Source: an uncultured Candidatus Entotheonella sp.
GTDB taxonomy: Bacteria > Tectomicrobia > Entotheonellia > Entotheonellales > Entotheonellaceae
NCBI GenBank assembly: GCA_965217185.1
Contig: OZ244252.1
Location: forward strand, 3,328,001 to 3,392,000
Reading direction: 5' to 3'
DNA: 64,000 bases
The first letter of the stretch is position 1; every line of letters begins with the position of its first letter. Under the pieces are notes generated by a model. It worked only from the letters and a program-made list of their open reading frames with translations. It was not told where the DNA came from and searched no databases. The position numbers and the translations under genes are program-made. Positions 46,874 to 58,539 of the stretch are shown piece after piece.

Positions 46874-48097
46874 ATGAACTCACGATATGTCAATCGCTCA
46901 CTGGAGCCGGTGCTAACAAAAGCGGCCTCGGAGTTTCCGGCCGTGGTCCTGACCGGGCCGCGCCAGTCGGGCAAGACGACCCTGCTACGACACCTCTTCG
47001 AGGGGCGCTACCGGTACGTATCACTGGAGCCGCCGGACGTTCGCGTGGCCGCCGCGGAAGACCCGCGCGGCTTCCTGGAATTGTGCCCGGCGCCGGTCAT
47101 CTTCGATGAGGTGCAATACGCCCCCGATCTGCTTCCCTACGTCAAGGAGAAGATCGACGCAAACCGTGCCAGGAGCGGTCAGTATCTGCTGACCGGTTCG
47201 CAGAATTTGTTGCTCGCCGAGAAGGTGACCGAGTCATTGGCGGGCCGGGCAGCCATGCTGCGTCTGTTACCGCTGTCGAGGCGGGAAGCGGAGGGACGTC
47301 CGCAGCTTGATCTTGCGTGGGAGAGAGAACGCCCATCGTCCTGGCGGTCGCCGCAAGCCTTTGGTGGCTTGTGGGAAGGCTTCCTGAGAGGGGGGTATCC
47401 CGAGCTTGCGGTACAGACCCAGCGCGATGCATCCCTTTGGCATGCCAGCTACATCCAGACCTATCTTGAACGGGACGTACGCGCGCTGCGGCAGGTCGGG
47501 GACCTGACCCAGTATCAGAATTTCCTCCGAGTACTGGCAGCCCGAAGCGCACAACTCGTGAACCTGACCGACGTTGCCCGGGACCTTGGCATCGCGGTTA
47601 ACACGGTCAAGGCGTGGCTCTCCGTGCTTGAGGCCACTTACCAGGTGATCGTCCTGCGCCCCTATTTCGCCAACGTCGGGAAACGACTCGTCAAGACCCC
47701 GAAAGTGTATTTCACCGACGTCGGCACACTCTGCTACTTGGCAGGACTCAAGGACCCCGAACACGCCGCATCAGGCCCGATGGGCGGCGCCATCATGGAA
47801 ACAGCGGTGCTCTCGGAGATCGTCAAGACGTTGACCCATCGGGGAATCGAGCCGCGCGTTTGTTTTTGGCAGACCCAAGCCGGAACGGAGGTGGACTTCG
47901 TGGTCGATACCGGCGCCGGGCTCGTTCCCGTCGAAGTCAAGCTGTCGGCCACCCCGCGACCCGCCATGGCCGCCGCCATCAAGACATTCCAGCGGGATAT
48001 GGGCAGCACCGCGATGCCCGGATACGTGGTTCATCCCGGCGATATACGGTTGCCCTTAGGCCCTGGCGTCACCGCGCTGCCTTTCGCCGAGCTTTAG
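46874..48097 (+). CDS. AAA_14 plus DUF4143 ATP-binding protein
   Basis: GPRQSGKTT, FDEVQ, LTGSQ, ESLAGR, GGYP, TYLERDV, PKVYFTD.G and EVDFVV...VEVK. Confidence 0.92.
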   Translation: MNSRYVNRSLEPVLTKAASEFPAVVLTGPRQSGKTTLLRHLFEGRYRYVSLEPPDVRVAAAEDPRGFLELCPAPVIFDEVQYAPDLLPYVKEKIDANRARSGQYLLTGSQNLLLAEKVTESLAGRAAMLRLLPLSRREAEGRPQLDLAWERERPSSWRSPQAFGGLWEGFLRGGYPELAVQTQRDASLWHASYIQTYLERDVRALRQVGDLTQYQNFLRVLAARSAQLVNLTDVARDLGIAVNTVKAWLSVLEATYQVIVLRPYFANVGKRLVKTPKVYFTDVGTLCYLAGLKDPEHAASGPMGGAIMETAVLSEIVKTLTHRGIEPRVCFWQTQAGTEVDFVVDTGAGLVPVEVKLSATPRPAMAAAIKTFQRDMGSTAMPGYVVHPGDIRLPLGPGVTALPFAEL

Positions 48098-48208
48098 TGT
48101 CGCAGTGGCAGATTCCGACCTACAAAAGTGGAAGGCAATCGGATGACCGTCCGTGGTCTGGCGCCGCCGGCATAAAAACGCTGCAATGACGTGGAGAGGG
48201 CGATAGCT

Positions 48209-49651
48209 ATGCCTGTGTCAGAAGAAATGCGCGCAGTGGAAGGCAAGATCGACGACACGATCCGATCTCTACCGACATGGATGAATGATCGGTACAAAAT
48301 TCTCAAGGGCATCATGGGCCTCTACAGAGACGCCATTGAGTTAGTGCACGTTCAAGCTCTGGATGCCAGATTATTCGAGAATAGTGATGCCCTTCACTCC
48401 ATACTAGGAAGGGAGGATAGGGCACGGGTTGGGATTCTTTGGGCCTTGAAGTGGGCGACCGCATACTGCCATTTGACCACATCAAATAACACGGTTCGTC
48501 CAGAGGACCTCGTTTCGACGCTCCTCCTTGGAGAAACCTACGACGCACTGGTTGACGTCTTGAAGTACGCCAAAATGGGCTTAGTTGAGTTATCCGTCGA
48601 CCGCGAGCGCAAAGAAATTATTTGCTACGAGGGCAACGACCTCACGGGATTCGATGCCGATATTGTCGAACACCAGCAGGCTCTTGGTCCCACCCACGCA
48701 CACGCCTCGTTGACCGCCGATTCAGATCAACTCACCTCGAACTGGTGTGCGGGTGATTACCGGAGAGTGGTCCATCAGTTAGCCAAATTCGCAGCCGCCC
48801 AGGAAAGCCGGATCGGAATTCATCCAAAAATCGCGGAGCAACTGGACATAGGAGATTTTCCCGTAGCGCAGCCGACCCTTGTGTGGCTGGACCGGCCACG
48901 GCGCGAGCCAGATGCACAAGTATTTGACTCTTTAACGCTACCTTCCAAAATATCCGATGAGTTTATGTGGGGCGCAAGGTCGCTACTGGAAACACCTATC
49001 GTGAAGATTGCAAGTCGATTCTGCGCCCTTTCGTCAGACCTCAAGGCGATTTCTCTGATCGACGACTACATGCTGCGTCTAGCTGCTCGGCTAGATGAGA
49101 AGCAATACAGCAGTGTGAGCGGCCTGCGAGAAGCTCGCATGGCCAACGCCTGTCGAACAGCATTCGAGGGAGGTACTGGTGTTTGGACGGTCCGCAGTCC
49201 CAAGATTTTGACCGACCCTGCACAAGAGGTCGATGTTGTCGCATCAAGGTCAGATGAAAGTCTCGTCATCGAGCTGAAGTCAACTCTACGACCCGAAACG
49301 GTGTGGGAAATTTACAAGAGAAATCGGAACATCCTGCACGGTGTGTCGCAGGCGCAGAGTCTTGTTCGAAGGGGTGTTGCTGATCGAGGATTGGTGATTA
49401 CGGATGGCTATCGGGGCGACTACCAATGCTGGGCTGAGGCACTTAGGTGTGGTATCACCATAGGAACTCTTCATGACCTTCATGACTTGGCGCGTGATCC
49501 GCAAGACGCCATTCAATTGATGAAGCAGATGGCCGGTATCGCCACGGGTACATACACGCCGCGGAGGTTGCCCGAGCGCAAAGCGGATTTGCTAGGGTGG
49601 AAACTACGTCTTATAGACGCTTCACTGGACGAACGAGACCGAAGGCCTTGA
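48209..49651 (+). CDS. Hypothetical protein with a C-terminal PD-(D/E)XK/NERD-like nuclease motif
   Basis: EVDVVASRSDESLVIELKS...GVSQA; visibly lower GC than the flanks. Start could be 48191. Confidence 0.6.
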   Translation: MPVSEEMRAVEGKIDDTIRSLPTWMNDRYKILKGIMGLYRDAIELVHVQALDARLFENSDALHSILGREDRARVGILWALKWATAYCHLTTSNNTVRPEDLVSTLLLGETYDALVDVLKYAKMGLVELSVDRERKEIICYEGNDLTGFDADIVEHQQALGPTHAHASLTADSDQLTSNWCAGDYRRVVHQLAKFAAAQESRIGIHPKIAEQLDIGDFPVAQPTLVWLDRPRREPDAQVFDSLTLPSKISDEFMWGARSLLETPIVKIASRFCALSSDLKAISLIDDYMLRLAARLDEKQYSSVSGLREARMANACRTAFEGGTGVWTVRSPKILTDPAQEVDVVASRSDESLVIELKSTLRPETVWEIYKRNRNILHGVSQAQSLVRRGVADRGLVITDGYRGDYQCWAEALRCGITIGTLHDLHDLARDPQDAIQLMKQMAGIATGTYTPRRLPERKADLLGWKLRLIDASLDERDRRP

Positions 49652-49795
49652 GTAGCAGTTGCATGGCCAGTCGCTAAGCAGGAGAGTTCTGAACTATCGG
49701 CCATGTCAACCGAATCATGCATGCCCCTCGATAAACTTCACTCCAGACAATGATGTCGATGAGTTGGCGGGAAACACATAGCCGTTGCTGGTGAA

Positions 49796-50191
49796 CTATA
49801 CGCTCAGCCCTTCGAGCAGCCATTTCGGAAAGCGTACCGGCCGTTGCTGGTCGTTGACGCACATATGGGTGGTGGTGCCGGAGGCGAGGAGTTGTTCCTG
49901 ACGGGTGACCTCGTAAGCGTAGCAGAGTTGGCGGGATTTCAGTTCCTGCACGCGGGTATGAACGGTGATTTCCTCATCGTAACGCGCGGAAGCGGTCAGA
50001 CGGCACTGGAACTCCGTGACTGGGAAGTAGTAGCCGCGGCTTTCCAGTTCGGTGTAGGGCATGCCGACCGCCCGCATGTATTCCGAGCGGCCGCATTCAA
50101 ACCACACCAGGTAGTTGGCGTAATAGACGATGCCCATCTGATCGGTTTCGGCGTACCGGGGGCGCAGGTGCAGGCTGACGATTCGTGACAT
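49796..50191 (-). CDS. Acyl-CoA thioesterase (YbgC/FadM family)
   Basis: RYAETDQMGIVYYANYLVWFECGR and ARYDE. Confidence 0.9.
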   Translation of the reverse strand: MSRIVSLHLRPRYAETDQMGIVYYANYLVWFECGRSEYMRAVGMPYTELESRGYYFPVTEFQCRLTASARYDEEITVHTRVQELKSRQLCYAYEVTRQEQLLASGTTTHMCVNDQQRPVRFPKWLLEGLSV

Positions 50192-50226
50192 GGGTTCGCT
50201 TTCCGCTCCGCAGACGGCAGGGGTGG

Positions 50227-51369
<1,143 letters not shown>

Positions 51370-51472
51370 GGAACCTCCGGAGCGCCGCGGCGCCAATCGT
51401 CAGGGTTGCATCGTCGAGGGCTTGGAAACTGTTTCAACTCATGTTAGCGCGTTCGGTCCGCCGCCCGCAAAC

Positions 51473-53068
51473 TCACGCCGGGCTTGCCTGGCTCCGGGGT
51501 CGGCTTGCCAGCCGCCGCATGACGGTCCACGCCATGGGTAGGCAGGCCAAGAGGAACGCCACGCCAATCATCAGAAAGCTGTCGCGGAAGCCGGCGGCAA
51601 CGGCTTCCAGGTCCATCTGCTGCTTGATCGTCTTCAAGGCTCCCCAATCCGCGCTTCCGTCCATGATCCCGGCCTGATTCAGATAGCGCTTCACGTCGTC
51701 CAGGGCCGTCGCATGGGTGGGCGCCATGGCGTCGTACTCGTGGTAGCTCACCAATTGGTGAGCGGCGCGCTGCCGTTCGAAGAACACGCTGGTCATGGTG
51801 ACGCCGAGGCCGGCACCGATGTTGCGCGTGACGCCCATCAGGCCCTGACCCATGCGTACGTCTTCGGGCGGTAGCATCTGAACGTTGAGCGCCGTCAGCG
51901 ACGTGATGGTCGAAAACATGCAGGTTCGGTACAGAATGATGTAGCCGATCAGCACCCCGGCAGTCGTCAACGTCGTAACCGTGGCGAAACTCATGAACAC
52001 GCCGGTGAGCACCATGAACCCGACCATGGCCATGACGGCAGGGGAAATCAGGTCATTGAGGCGGCCGCTGACCACGCCGCTCAGTCCCGATATGATCAGC
52101 GCCGGCACGATGATCAGGCCGGCCTGCAATGGCGTGAAACCCATCACCTGTTGGAGAAAGATCGGTACCATGAATTGGGCGCCGAACAGGCCGATCATGT
52201 TGAAAAACGCGGTGATGCAGACGTTCCGAAGCCCCGCCCGGCGAAACAGCCGCAGGTTCACGGCGGGGAAACGGGTGAATAGTTCCCACAGGATGAACAG
52301 GCCACCACCGGACGCGGCACCGATATTCAAGAGGACGATTGTTGACACGGCGGTGCTGCGATCCCGTGCCAGGCTGATCCCCAGTAGCAACGGCACCAGA
52401 AAGCCGCCCAGAAACAAGAGGCCCATGTAGTCGACTGGCTCACGGCGCCCCTCGCGTTGCTGCGGCAGCATCAACCACCCCAGCAGCACCGACAGGACGC
52501 CGGTGGGCAGGCCCATGAAGAAGATCAGGCGCCATGAGAGGTGCTCAAGGAAGTAGCCGCCCAAGGTGAACGAAATGATGTGTCCGGCTGACCAGCCGAC
52601 GGTGCGCAGCCCCAGCGCCAACCCCCGCTGCCGGACCGGAAATGTCTGCACCAGAATAACCGCCGTCAGGCCCTCCATCGGACCCAGTGCGATGCCTTGC
52701 AGCAGCCGGAAGAACACCAGCATAGGCAGATTGGTAGATAAGCCGCAGCCGATCGACGAAATGACGAAGCCTGCCATGATGGTCACGAACAGGTTGCGGT
52801 TCCCCATGACCGCGCCCAGCCAGCCCAGAATGGGAATCATCAGCGTGCGGGCGATGAGAAAGCCGGTGGTGACCCATTGCGTGGTCGCCAAGTCTGTGCC
52901 AAACGCCGCCATCAGACTGGGAATGGCCAGGTTCACGCTGTTGCCGGCGAACGTCTGGGTTCCCCCCGCCACCAGGACGATGGCGGCCACCAGCCATTTG
53001 TAGCTCGGCGCTTCGGTATCCAGCGCCAATACGGTAGAGGGGCGCGCCCCTTCTACGGCTCCTGCCAT
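51473..53068 (-). CDS. DHA2-family (EmrB/QacA) MFS efflux transporter
   Basis: About 14 hydrophobic segments; QWVTTGFL, FRLLQG, SWRLIF and PIFLQQVMG. Confidence 0.9.
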   Translation of the reverse strand: MAGAVEGARPSTVLALDTEAPSYKWLVAAIVLVAGGTQTFAGNSVNLAIPSLMAAFGTDLATTQWVTTGFLIARTLMIPILGWLGAVMGNRNLFVTIMAGFVISSIGCGLSTNLPMLVFFRLLQGIALGPMEGLTAVILVQTFPVRQRGLALGLRTVGWSAGHIISFTLGGYFLEHLSWRLIFFMGLPTGVLSVLLGWLMLPQQREGRREPVDYMGLLFLGGFLVPLLLGISLARDRSTAVSTIVLLNIGAASGGGLFILWELFTRFPAVNLRLFRRAGLRNVCITAFFNMIGLFGAQFMVPIFLQQVMGFTPLQAGLIIVPALIISGLSGVVSGRLNDLISPAVMAMVGFMVLTGVFMSFATVTTLTTAGVLIGYIILYRTCMFSTITSLTALNVQMLPPEDVRMGQGLMGVTRNIGAGLGVTMTSVFFERQRAAHQLVSYHEYDAMAPTHATALDDVKRYLNQAGIMDGSADWGALKTIKQQMDLEAVAAGFRDSFLMIGVAFLLACLPMAWTVMRRLASRPRSQASPA

Positions 53069-53267
53069 GTTCGTTTCTCTTTCCGGCCCGGTTCTGGCAT
53101 CAAAACAAGAAGCAGTGTAACCGAATCAGCGAGCCCAGTATCGGCCTCGGGTGCCCGGTTTATGCTATGGTAATGCTATGGGCGTTTTGAGGATATTGAC
53201 GAGTTGCACAGTTACCCGCGCAGGACGATAACACCATCATTTACGATCACTAGGGAGAGAAAACGAA

Positions 53268-54476
53268 ATGGCCACGACAGCCCTTGACTATGCCAGCCTG
53301 TTCGCCAAAAACGCACCCGCAGGGACGGCAGCGCCCTGGGGCGGATTTCCGACTTATAACTTCGTCGGTGGCCATAACAATCCCGAGACGATGCCCATTG
53401 AAGACTTTGTCGAATCCTCCGCCCGCGTGCTGAGGCAGGAAGGCCAAAACCTGGCAACCTACAACATGGAAAGCGGTCCCCAAGGCTACACCGGGCTGCG
53501 CGGGTTTCTCGTCGAGAAATTGGCCCATTATCGCGGCCTGCGGGCGCCCGACGAAAATATCCTGATCACTTCCGGTTCCAACCAAGGCATCGAGCTCATC
53601 AACGAAGTGCTGCTGGAACCCGGCGACACCGTCATCGCCGAGCTCTTCACGTATCAAGGCGTGGTGGGCCGGTGGCGCAAGCTGCAGGTGAACGTGGTCG
53701 GCGTTCCGCTGGACGAAGACGGCATGCGCATGGACGCCCTGGCCTCCACGCTCGCCGATCTTCACAGCAACGGCGTCAGGCCCAAATTCATCTACACCAT
53801 TCCCACCCTGCAAAATCCCACCGGCACGGTGCTCAGCATGGAACGACGCCACGAGATGCTGCGCCTCAGCCGGGAATACGGGGTGCCGATCTTCGAGGAC
53901 GAATGCTACGCCGACCTGATCTGGGAAGGCGAATGGCCGCCGGCCATTTGCGGCCTGGACGACAGCCACCACGTCCTGCACATCGGCTCCTTCTCCAAGT
54001 CCCTGTCGCCCGCCCTGCGCCTCGGCTACGTCGTGGCGCCATGGCCGGTGCTGAGCCGCATGCTGGCTTGCAAGACGGATGGCGGAACCGGCGCGCTGGG
54101 GCAGATGGTGGTAGCGGACTTTTTCCAGAACCATTACGAGGAGCACATGGACAAGCTGCGGACAAGCCTGAAGGTCCGGCTGCAGACGCTGACCGACGCC
54201 CTCGTCGAGCACTTCGGCTCGTCCGTCGAATTCCATTCGCCGCGCGGCGGCATGTTCCTGTGGGTCAAATTTCCGCCGGAGGTGGACACCCTGAAGCTGG
54301 CAGGGCCGGCACTGGAGGCGGGCATTGCATACAATCCCGGACCCGAGTGGGCCGTGGAGCCCGACGCGGCGCGCAACTACCTGAGGCTGTGTTACGCCCT
54401 GCCGTCCGAGCAATTCATCAGGGATGGGATTGCCAAGCTGGCGCAAGTTTTCCGGCGGGAGGCGGGTATCCCCTGA
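53268..54476 (+). CDS. PLP-dependent aminotransferase class I (MocR/LysN-like)
   Basis: ITSGSNQG, YTIPTLQNPTG, EDECY, GSFSKSLSPALRLG and GGMFLW. Confidence 0.9.
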   Translation: MATTALDYASLFAKNAPAGTAAPWGGFPTYNFVGGHNNPETMPIEDFVESSARVLRQEGQNLATYNMESGPQGYTGLRGFLVEKLAHYRGLRAPDENILITSGSNQGIELINEVLLEPGDTVIAELFTYQGVVGRWRKLQVNVVGVPLDEDGMRMDALASTLADLHSNGVRPKFIYTIPTLQNPTGTVLSMERRHEMLRLSREYGVPIFEDECYADLIWEGEWPPAICGLDDSHHVLHIGSFSKSLSPALRLGYVVAPWPVLSRMLACKTDGGTGALGQMVVADFFQNHYEEHMDKLRTSLKVRLQTLTDALVEHFGSSVEFHSPRGGMFLWVKFPPEVDTLKLAGPALEAGIAYNPGPEWAVEPDAARNYLRLCYALPSEQFIRDGIAKLAQVFRREAGIP

Positions 54477-54514
54477 CGGCACGCACCGGCGACGCGTGCC
54501 GCAGGTCGCCGAGG

Positions 54515-54922
54515 CTATTCGTAGATCATCCATTCCAGCAAGTTGTCATCCGGGTCGCGGGCATAGAGGCTCAAGGACGGCGTTTTGCCGCGCCCGCGCC
54601 CACCCGAGCGCGGCACCGGGCCTTCGATGATCGTGACGTCCGCTTCTTCCAGCATGCGTTGGCAATCGGTCACGCTGCCTTCCCACACGAAGCAAATGTC
54701 CGTGCAGCCGGGCACCGCTGTCGGGCCTCGCAGCCCGGCGGTAAACCCTTCGGGGTGCACGTTGATTTTCGCATCTCCCACCTGGATCGAGAAAATCGGC
54801 ATTGTGCCGGCTCGCCATTCCGCCTCGTTGTTGATGGGAAAACCAAGACGCTTGTAAAACGCGAGCAATGCCTCGGCGTTCGCTGTCGGCATGGCGATAT
54901 GATCGATTCCAACGGTCGCCAT
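54515..54922 (-). CDS. VOC/glyoxalase family protein
   Basis: IDHIA, FYKRLG, DICFVW, EGPVPR.G and YARDPDDNLLE. Confidence 0.88.
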   Translation of the reverse strand: MATVGIDHIAMPTANAEALLAFYKRLGFPINNEAEWRAGTMPIFSIQVGDAKINVHPEGFTAGLRGPTAVPGCTDICFVWEGSVTDCQRMLEEADVTIIEGPVPRSGGRGRGKTPSLSLYARDPDDNLLEWMIYE

Positions 54923-54963
54923 TGAAGTCCCCCTTTACTGTGTCGCCTGATCGATTGAAGGCG

Positions 54964-57900
54964 TTACGTCAGAGCCGCCAAGGCCACTTCCACGTTGTTC
55001 ATCTGTTCCTCACATGTCGCCAAGCGGTCGCGCTCTTTCTGCACGACTTCCGGACTCGCCTTGCTGAGAAATTGCTCGTTCGCTAGCTTGCGCTGCGAGC
55101 CGGTGATGCGGCCAAGAAGCTGATCCCGCTGCTTGGTCAAACGGTCGCGCTCTTTTGTTATGTCAATCACACCCGGCACATAAACTTCTACACTGCCCAC
55201 CACGGCGGTGGCGGCATCCGGGGTGCGCTGCACGTCGGGCGCGATGTCGACGGCGTCAAGGCGCGCCATGTTCACGAGCAGGCCGGTCACGCCGCGTAGC
55301 GTCTCGGCGTCTGCGTAATTGGCCCGGATGAGGGCGGAGACTCTAGCCTGCGGCGGGATCGTATATCTGCTGCGCAGGTCGCGAATGCCGCGCACGACTT
55401 CCTGCAGAAACGCGACGCGCGCCTCGATAGCGGCGTCCCGCCAAGCCGTTTTCGGGATGGGCCAGGGCGCATGGATGAGCAGCGGCGAGACCGCCAACGG
55501 CTCGTCGATGCCGCGCTCCGGCGCCTGCTCGTTGAGGGCTTCCCAGAGGCGCTCGGTCAGGTACGGCACAAACGGGTGAAAGAGACGCAACACCTGATCG
55601 ATAGCCACCGCCAGGACCTGCTGCGCAACGCCGGCCTGAGCGGTATCACGCAAGCGCGGCTTGATGAATTCGAGGTACCAATCGCACAACTCGTTCCAGA
55701 AGAAATCCCGGGCTGCCCACAGCGCGGCCGCTGGGTTATAGGAAGACAAGTGGCCGTGCACTGTTTCGACCGCGTGGGAAAGCCGCGACAGAATCCAGCG
55801 GTCCTCGATGGCAAGGTCACCGGCCTGTATGGGCTGAAAAGCAGCATCGGTCAGATTCATGAGAGCAAAGCGCACGGCGTTCAATAGCTTGTTGCAGAAA
55901 TTACGTCCCACCTCGAATCGCTCGCTCACCAGCCTGGCCGCCGGCACGTCGGGCATGGTGCCGAGAACGTCGAACTCCTTCCCCGTCGCCGGACACAGGT
56001 AGGTGAAGATGCTCTGCCCGTGCTGCGCCGTGGCTAGGTCGATAAGGTCACCCGTATACGGCGAAATCGCCTGCACCGGCAGGCGGATGTCCTGCATACC
56101 GGTCTGCATGTCGCACAGCACGTAGCGCATGGCGTCGGCACCGTAGCGGTCGATGATGTCCACGGGGTCGATGCCGTTGCCTTTGGACTTGCTCATGCGT
56201 TCGCCCTTGCCGTCGAGGATGTTGGCGTGGATGAACACGTCGGTGAACGGCACGTCGCCCATGTTGTAAAGGCCCATGATGACCATGCGGGCCACCCACA
56301 GGGTGATGATGTCGCGCCCGGTGACCAGACATGAGCCGGGGTAGTAATAGGACAGGGTGTCGGGAAAGCCGTTCTGGCTTCGCATGGGCGGTTGGCCTGC
56401 GTTGCCCACAGCGGTTTCCGGGTCGGGCCATCCGAGGGTGCTTTGCGGCCATAAACCGCTGGAAAACCAGGTGTCAAGCACGTCCGGGTCCTGCGTCAGA
56501 CCCTGATCGGCGCATGTCTGGGCCAACGCCGTCTCAGCTTCGAGGTCTCGCAGGCAAGCCATGACTTCCACTTCGCTGCCCGCGGCGAAGGATTTGGGTA
56601 GATCGCGTGCGTCGTCGGCAGTTTGCAGCACGACGTTCGCCCCGTTGGCATCGACCAGGCACAAGCACAGGTCGCCCCGCTCGAGGTGCGGGGTGAGGGC
56701 GCTCAAAACATCTTGCAGGGCGCTGCCCGCGAACGTGCCGGCCCACACCGGAATGCGATGCCCCCACCAAAGCTGGCGGCTGATGCACCAATCCCGCTTT
56801 TCGCCCAGCCATTGCAGGTACGTGTTGCCGTAGCGTACCGGGTCGGGATGGAAGCTGACGTTGCGGCCGGTGGGCGAGCGCCAGTCGCCCTGCGCCGCAT
56901 CCATCGCCGCCTGCGCCAGACCCGGCGCCACAAAGGCGTTCGGCGTACCGCGTCCGCAGACAATACCGCCGTCAACATCCCCCATTTTGACGAACCACTG
57001 CCTGGAGAGGTACGGCTCGATCGGCGTCTTGGAACGATCCGAGTGGCCAATCTCGATGTCGCGCGCCTCCCTGGCTTCCAGCAGATCGCGCGCCTGCAAA
57101 TCCGCCACCACGCGCTCGCGAGCCGCGAAGCGGTCCAGCCCCGCATAGGGTCCGGCGTTGGCGTTCAGGGTGCCGTCTTCATTGAGGATGTTGATGCGGT
57201 CGATTGCGTGCTGGTGCCGCGTCCACACATCATAGTCGTTCGGGTCGTGCGCCGGGGTGATCTTCACGCAGCCGCTGCCGAGCTCGGGTTTGGCCCACTC
57301 GTCGCAAACCAGCGGTATGGGGCGGTCCAGCAGGGGCAGGCGCACCTGGCGACCCTCCCGAGCCATGCGAACCAGGGCGAGCAGCGTCGGCAGGTGGCTG
57401 GCCTGCCGCTCTTCGAGTCGCGCCACCTCCGCCGTCAGGGCGGCCTGCTCGCGTGGCGGCGCCTGCGCCAGGCGGTGCTGCGTCTCGGTAATGCGGGCCG
57501 CGAGAACGCCCGCCGGGTCGGGATGACAGGCCACCGCGGTGTCGCCGAGCATGGTCTCTGGGCGCGTCGTGGCTACCACCACATGGGTCGGCTCGCCCGG
57601 CTGCGGATTCACAATCGGGTACCGCAGATAGTAGAAATGGCCTTGCACGGTCTCATAAACAATCTCGTCATCGGCGACGGCTGTTTGGAGTTGACAGTCC
57701 CAATTGACCAATCGATGACCACGGAAAATCAGGCCGTCTCGGAACATCGCAAAGAACGTCCAGCGCACGGCATGCGCGCACACCGGGTCCATGGTGAAGC
57801 GCTGGCGGTCCCAGTCGCACGAGCAGCCCATGCTCTGCTGTTGCCGGACGATGCGTTTCTGGTACTGATCTTTCCATTCCCAAATGCGTTTTTCCAGCCC

Positions 57901-58236
57901 GGCGCGGCCCACGTCGTGGCGCGTCCTGCCCTCCAATTCCAGAAGACGCTTCTCCACGACGGCCTGGGTAGCGATGCCGGCGTGGTCGGTGCCGGGCATC
58001 CACAGCGCGTTGTCGCCCATCATACGGTGCCAGCGAGTCAGCAGGTCCTGCATGACGTTGTCCATGGCATGACCCATGTGCAGGGCGCCGGTGACGTTGG
58101 GCAACGGCATCATGATGACGTAAGGATTCGGGTTGTCATCCGGGAATGCTGCAAACGCCTTGTCATTCAGCCAGCGGTCGAAGATATGCTTTTCGATCTC
58201 CGCGGGCTCGTATTGCTTGGGTAGCTCACTGGGCAT
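54964..58236 (-). CDS. valS: Valine--tRNA ligase with several insertions
   Basis: PNVTGALHMGH, DHAGIATQ, TTRPETMLGD, DWCISRQLWWGH, DVLDTWFSS, RMSKS and a C-terminal coiled coil. Confidence 0.97.
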   Translation of the reverse strand: MPSELPKQYEPAEIEKHIFDRWLNDKAFAAFPDDNPNPYVIMMPLPNVTGALHMGHAMDNVMQDLLTRWHRMMGDNALWMPGTDHAGIATQAVVEKRLLELEGRTRHDVGRAGLEKRIWEWKDQYQKRIVRQQQSMGCSCDWDRQRFTMDPVCAHAVRWTFFAMFRDGLIFRGHRLVNWDCQLQTAVADDEIVYETVQGHFYYLRYPIVNPQPGEPTHVVVATTRPETMLGDTAVACHPDPAGVLAARITETQHRLAQAPPREQAALTAEVARLEERQASHLPTLLALVRMAREGRQVRLPLLDRPIPLVCDEWAKPELGSGCVKITPAHDPNDYDVWTRHQHAIDRINILNEDGTLNANAGPYAGLDRFAARERVVADLQARDLLEAREARDIEIGHSDRSKTPIEPYLSRQWFVKMGDVDGGIVCGRGTPNAFVAPGLAQAAMDAAQGDWRSPTGRNVSFHPDPVRYGNTYLQWLGEKRDWCISRQLWWGHRIPVWAGTFAGSALQDVLSALTPHLERGDLCLCLVDANGANVVLQTADDARDLPKSFAAGSEVEVMACLRDLEAETALAQTCADQGLTQDPDVLDTWFSSGLWPQSTLGWPDPETAVGNAGQPPMRSQNGFPDTLSYYYPGSCLVTGRDIITLWVARMVIMGLYNMGDVPFTDVFIHANILDGKGERMSKSKGNGIDPVDIIDRYGADAMRYVLCDMQTGMQDIRLPVQAISPYTGDLIDLATAQHGQSIFTYLCPATGKEFDVLGTMPDVPAARLVSERFEVGRNFCNKLLNAVRFALMNLTDAAFQPIQAGDLAIEDRWILSRLSHAVETVHGHLSSYNPAAALWAARDFFWNELCDWYLEFIKPRLRDTAQAGVAQQVLAVAIDQVLRLFHPFVPYLTERLWEALNEQAPERGIDEPLAVSPLLIHAPWPIPKTAWRDAAIEARVAFLQEVVRGIRDLRSRYTIPPQARVSALIRANYADAETLRGVTGLLVNMARLDAVDIAPDVQRTPDAATAVVGSVEVYVPGVIDITKERDRLTKQRDQLLGRITGSQRKLANEQFLSKASPEVVQKERDRLATCEEQMNNVEVALAALT

Positions 58237-58334
58237 GGAACCGCCTTCCTTAGAGGTTGAAAACCGTAGTGGAGCTTGGCTGGATCACCTGCTGGCGGTC
58301 GCCGGCAGGTCTGTCGGGGCTGGAAAGCCGGGGC

Positions 58335-58363
58335 ATTCTAGCCTTGCCGAAACGAGTACGCAA
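58335..58363 (-). promoter_or_regulatory. Putative sigma70 promoter for valS
   Basis: Minus strand TTGCGT, 17 bp, TAGAAT. Confidence 0.5.
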
Positions 58364-58539
58364 CTCGCCAGAGCCTCCCGGGACGGCGTTAATGAGGTCT
58401 TTGCCAGCGGCTTGCAGTGTATATATGAATGTGCAACACTTGCCGCTTAGTTTTACATTTTGGTCAGTGGGCAACCCCCCTCGGTTATAGGCGCCTTGGC
58501 GTCGAATCGCTGTGGGGCGCGGTTTCGCCGAATGTCGAA

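Noticed and set aside
49652..49795. Possible IS-end remnant or att site at the right edge of the AAA/nuclease islet
   Set aside because: No matching repeat was found at the left edge, so the boundary cannot be supported.
58237..58539. T-box riboswitch upstream of valS
   Set aside because: No T-box consensus or terminator/antiterminator was found, and the predicted promoter leaves only about 95 nt of leader.
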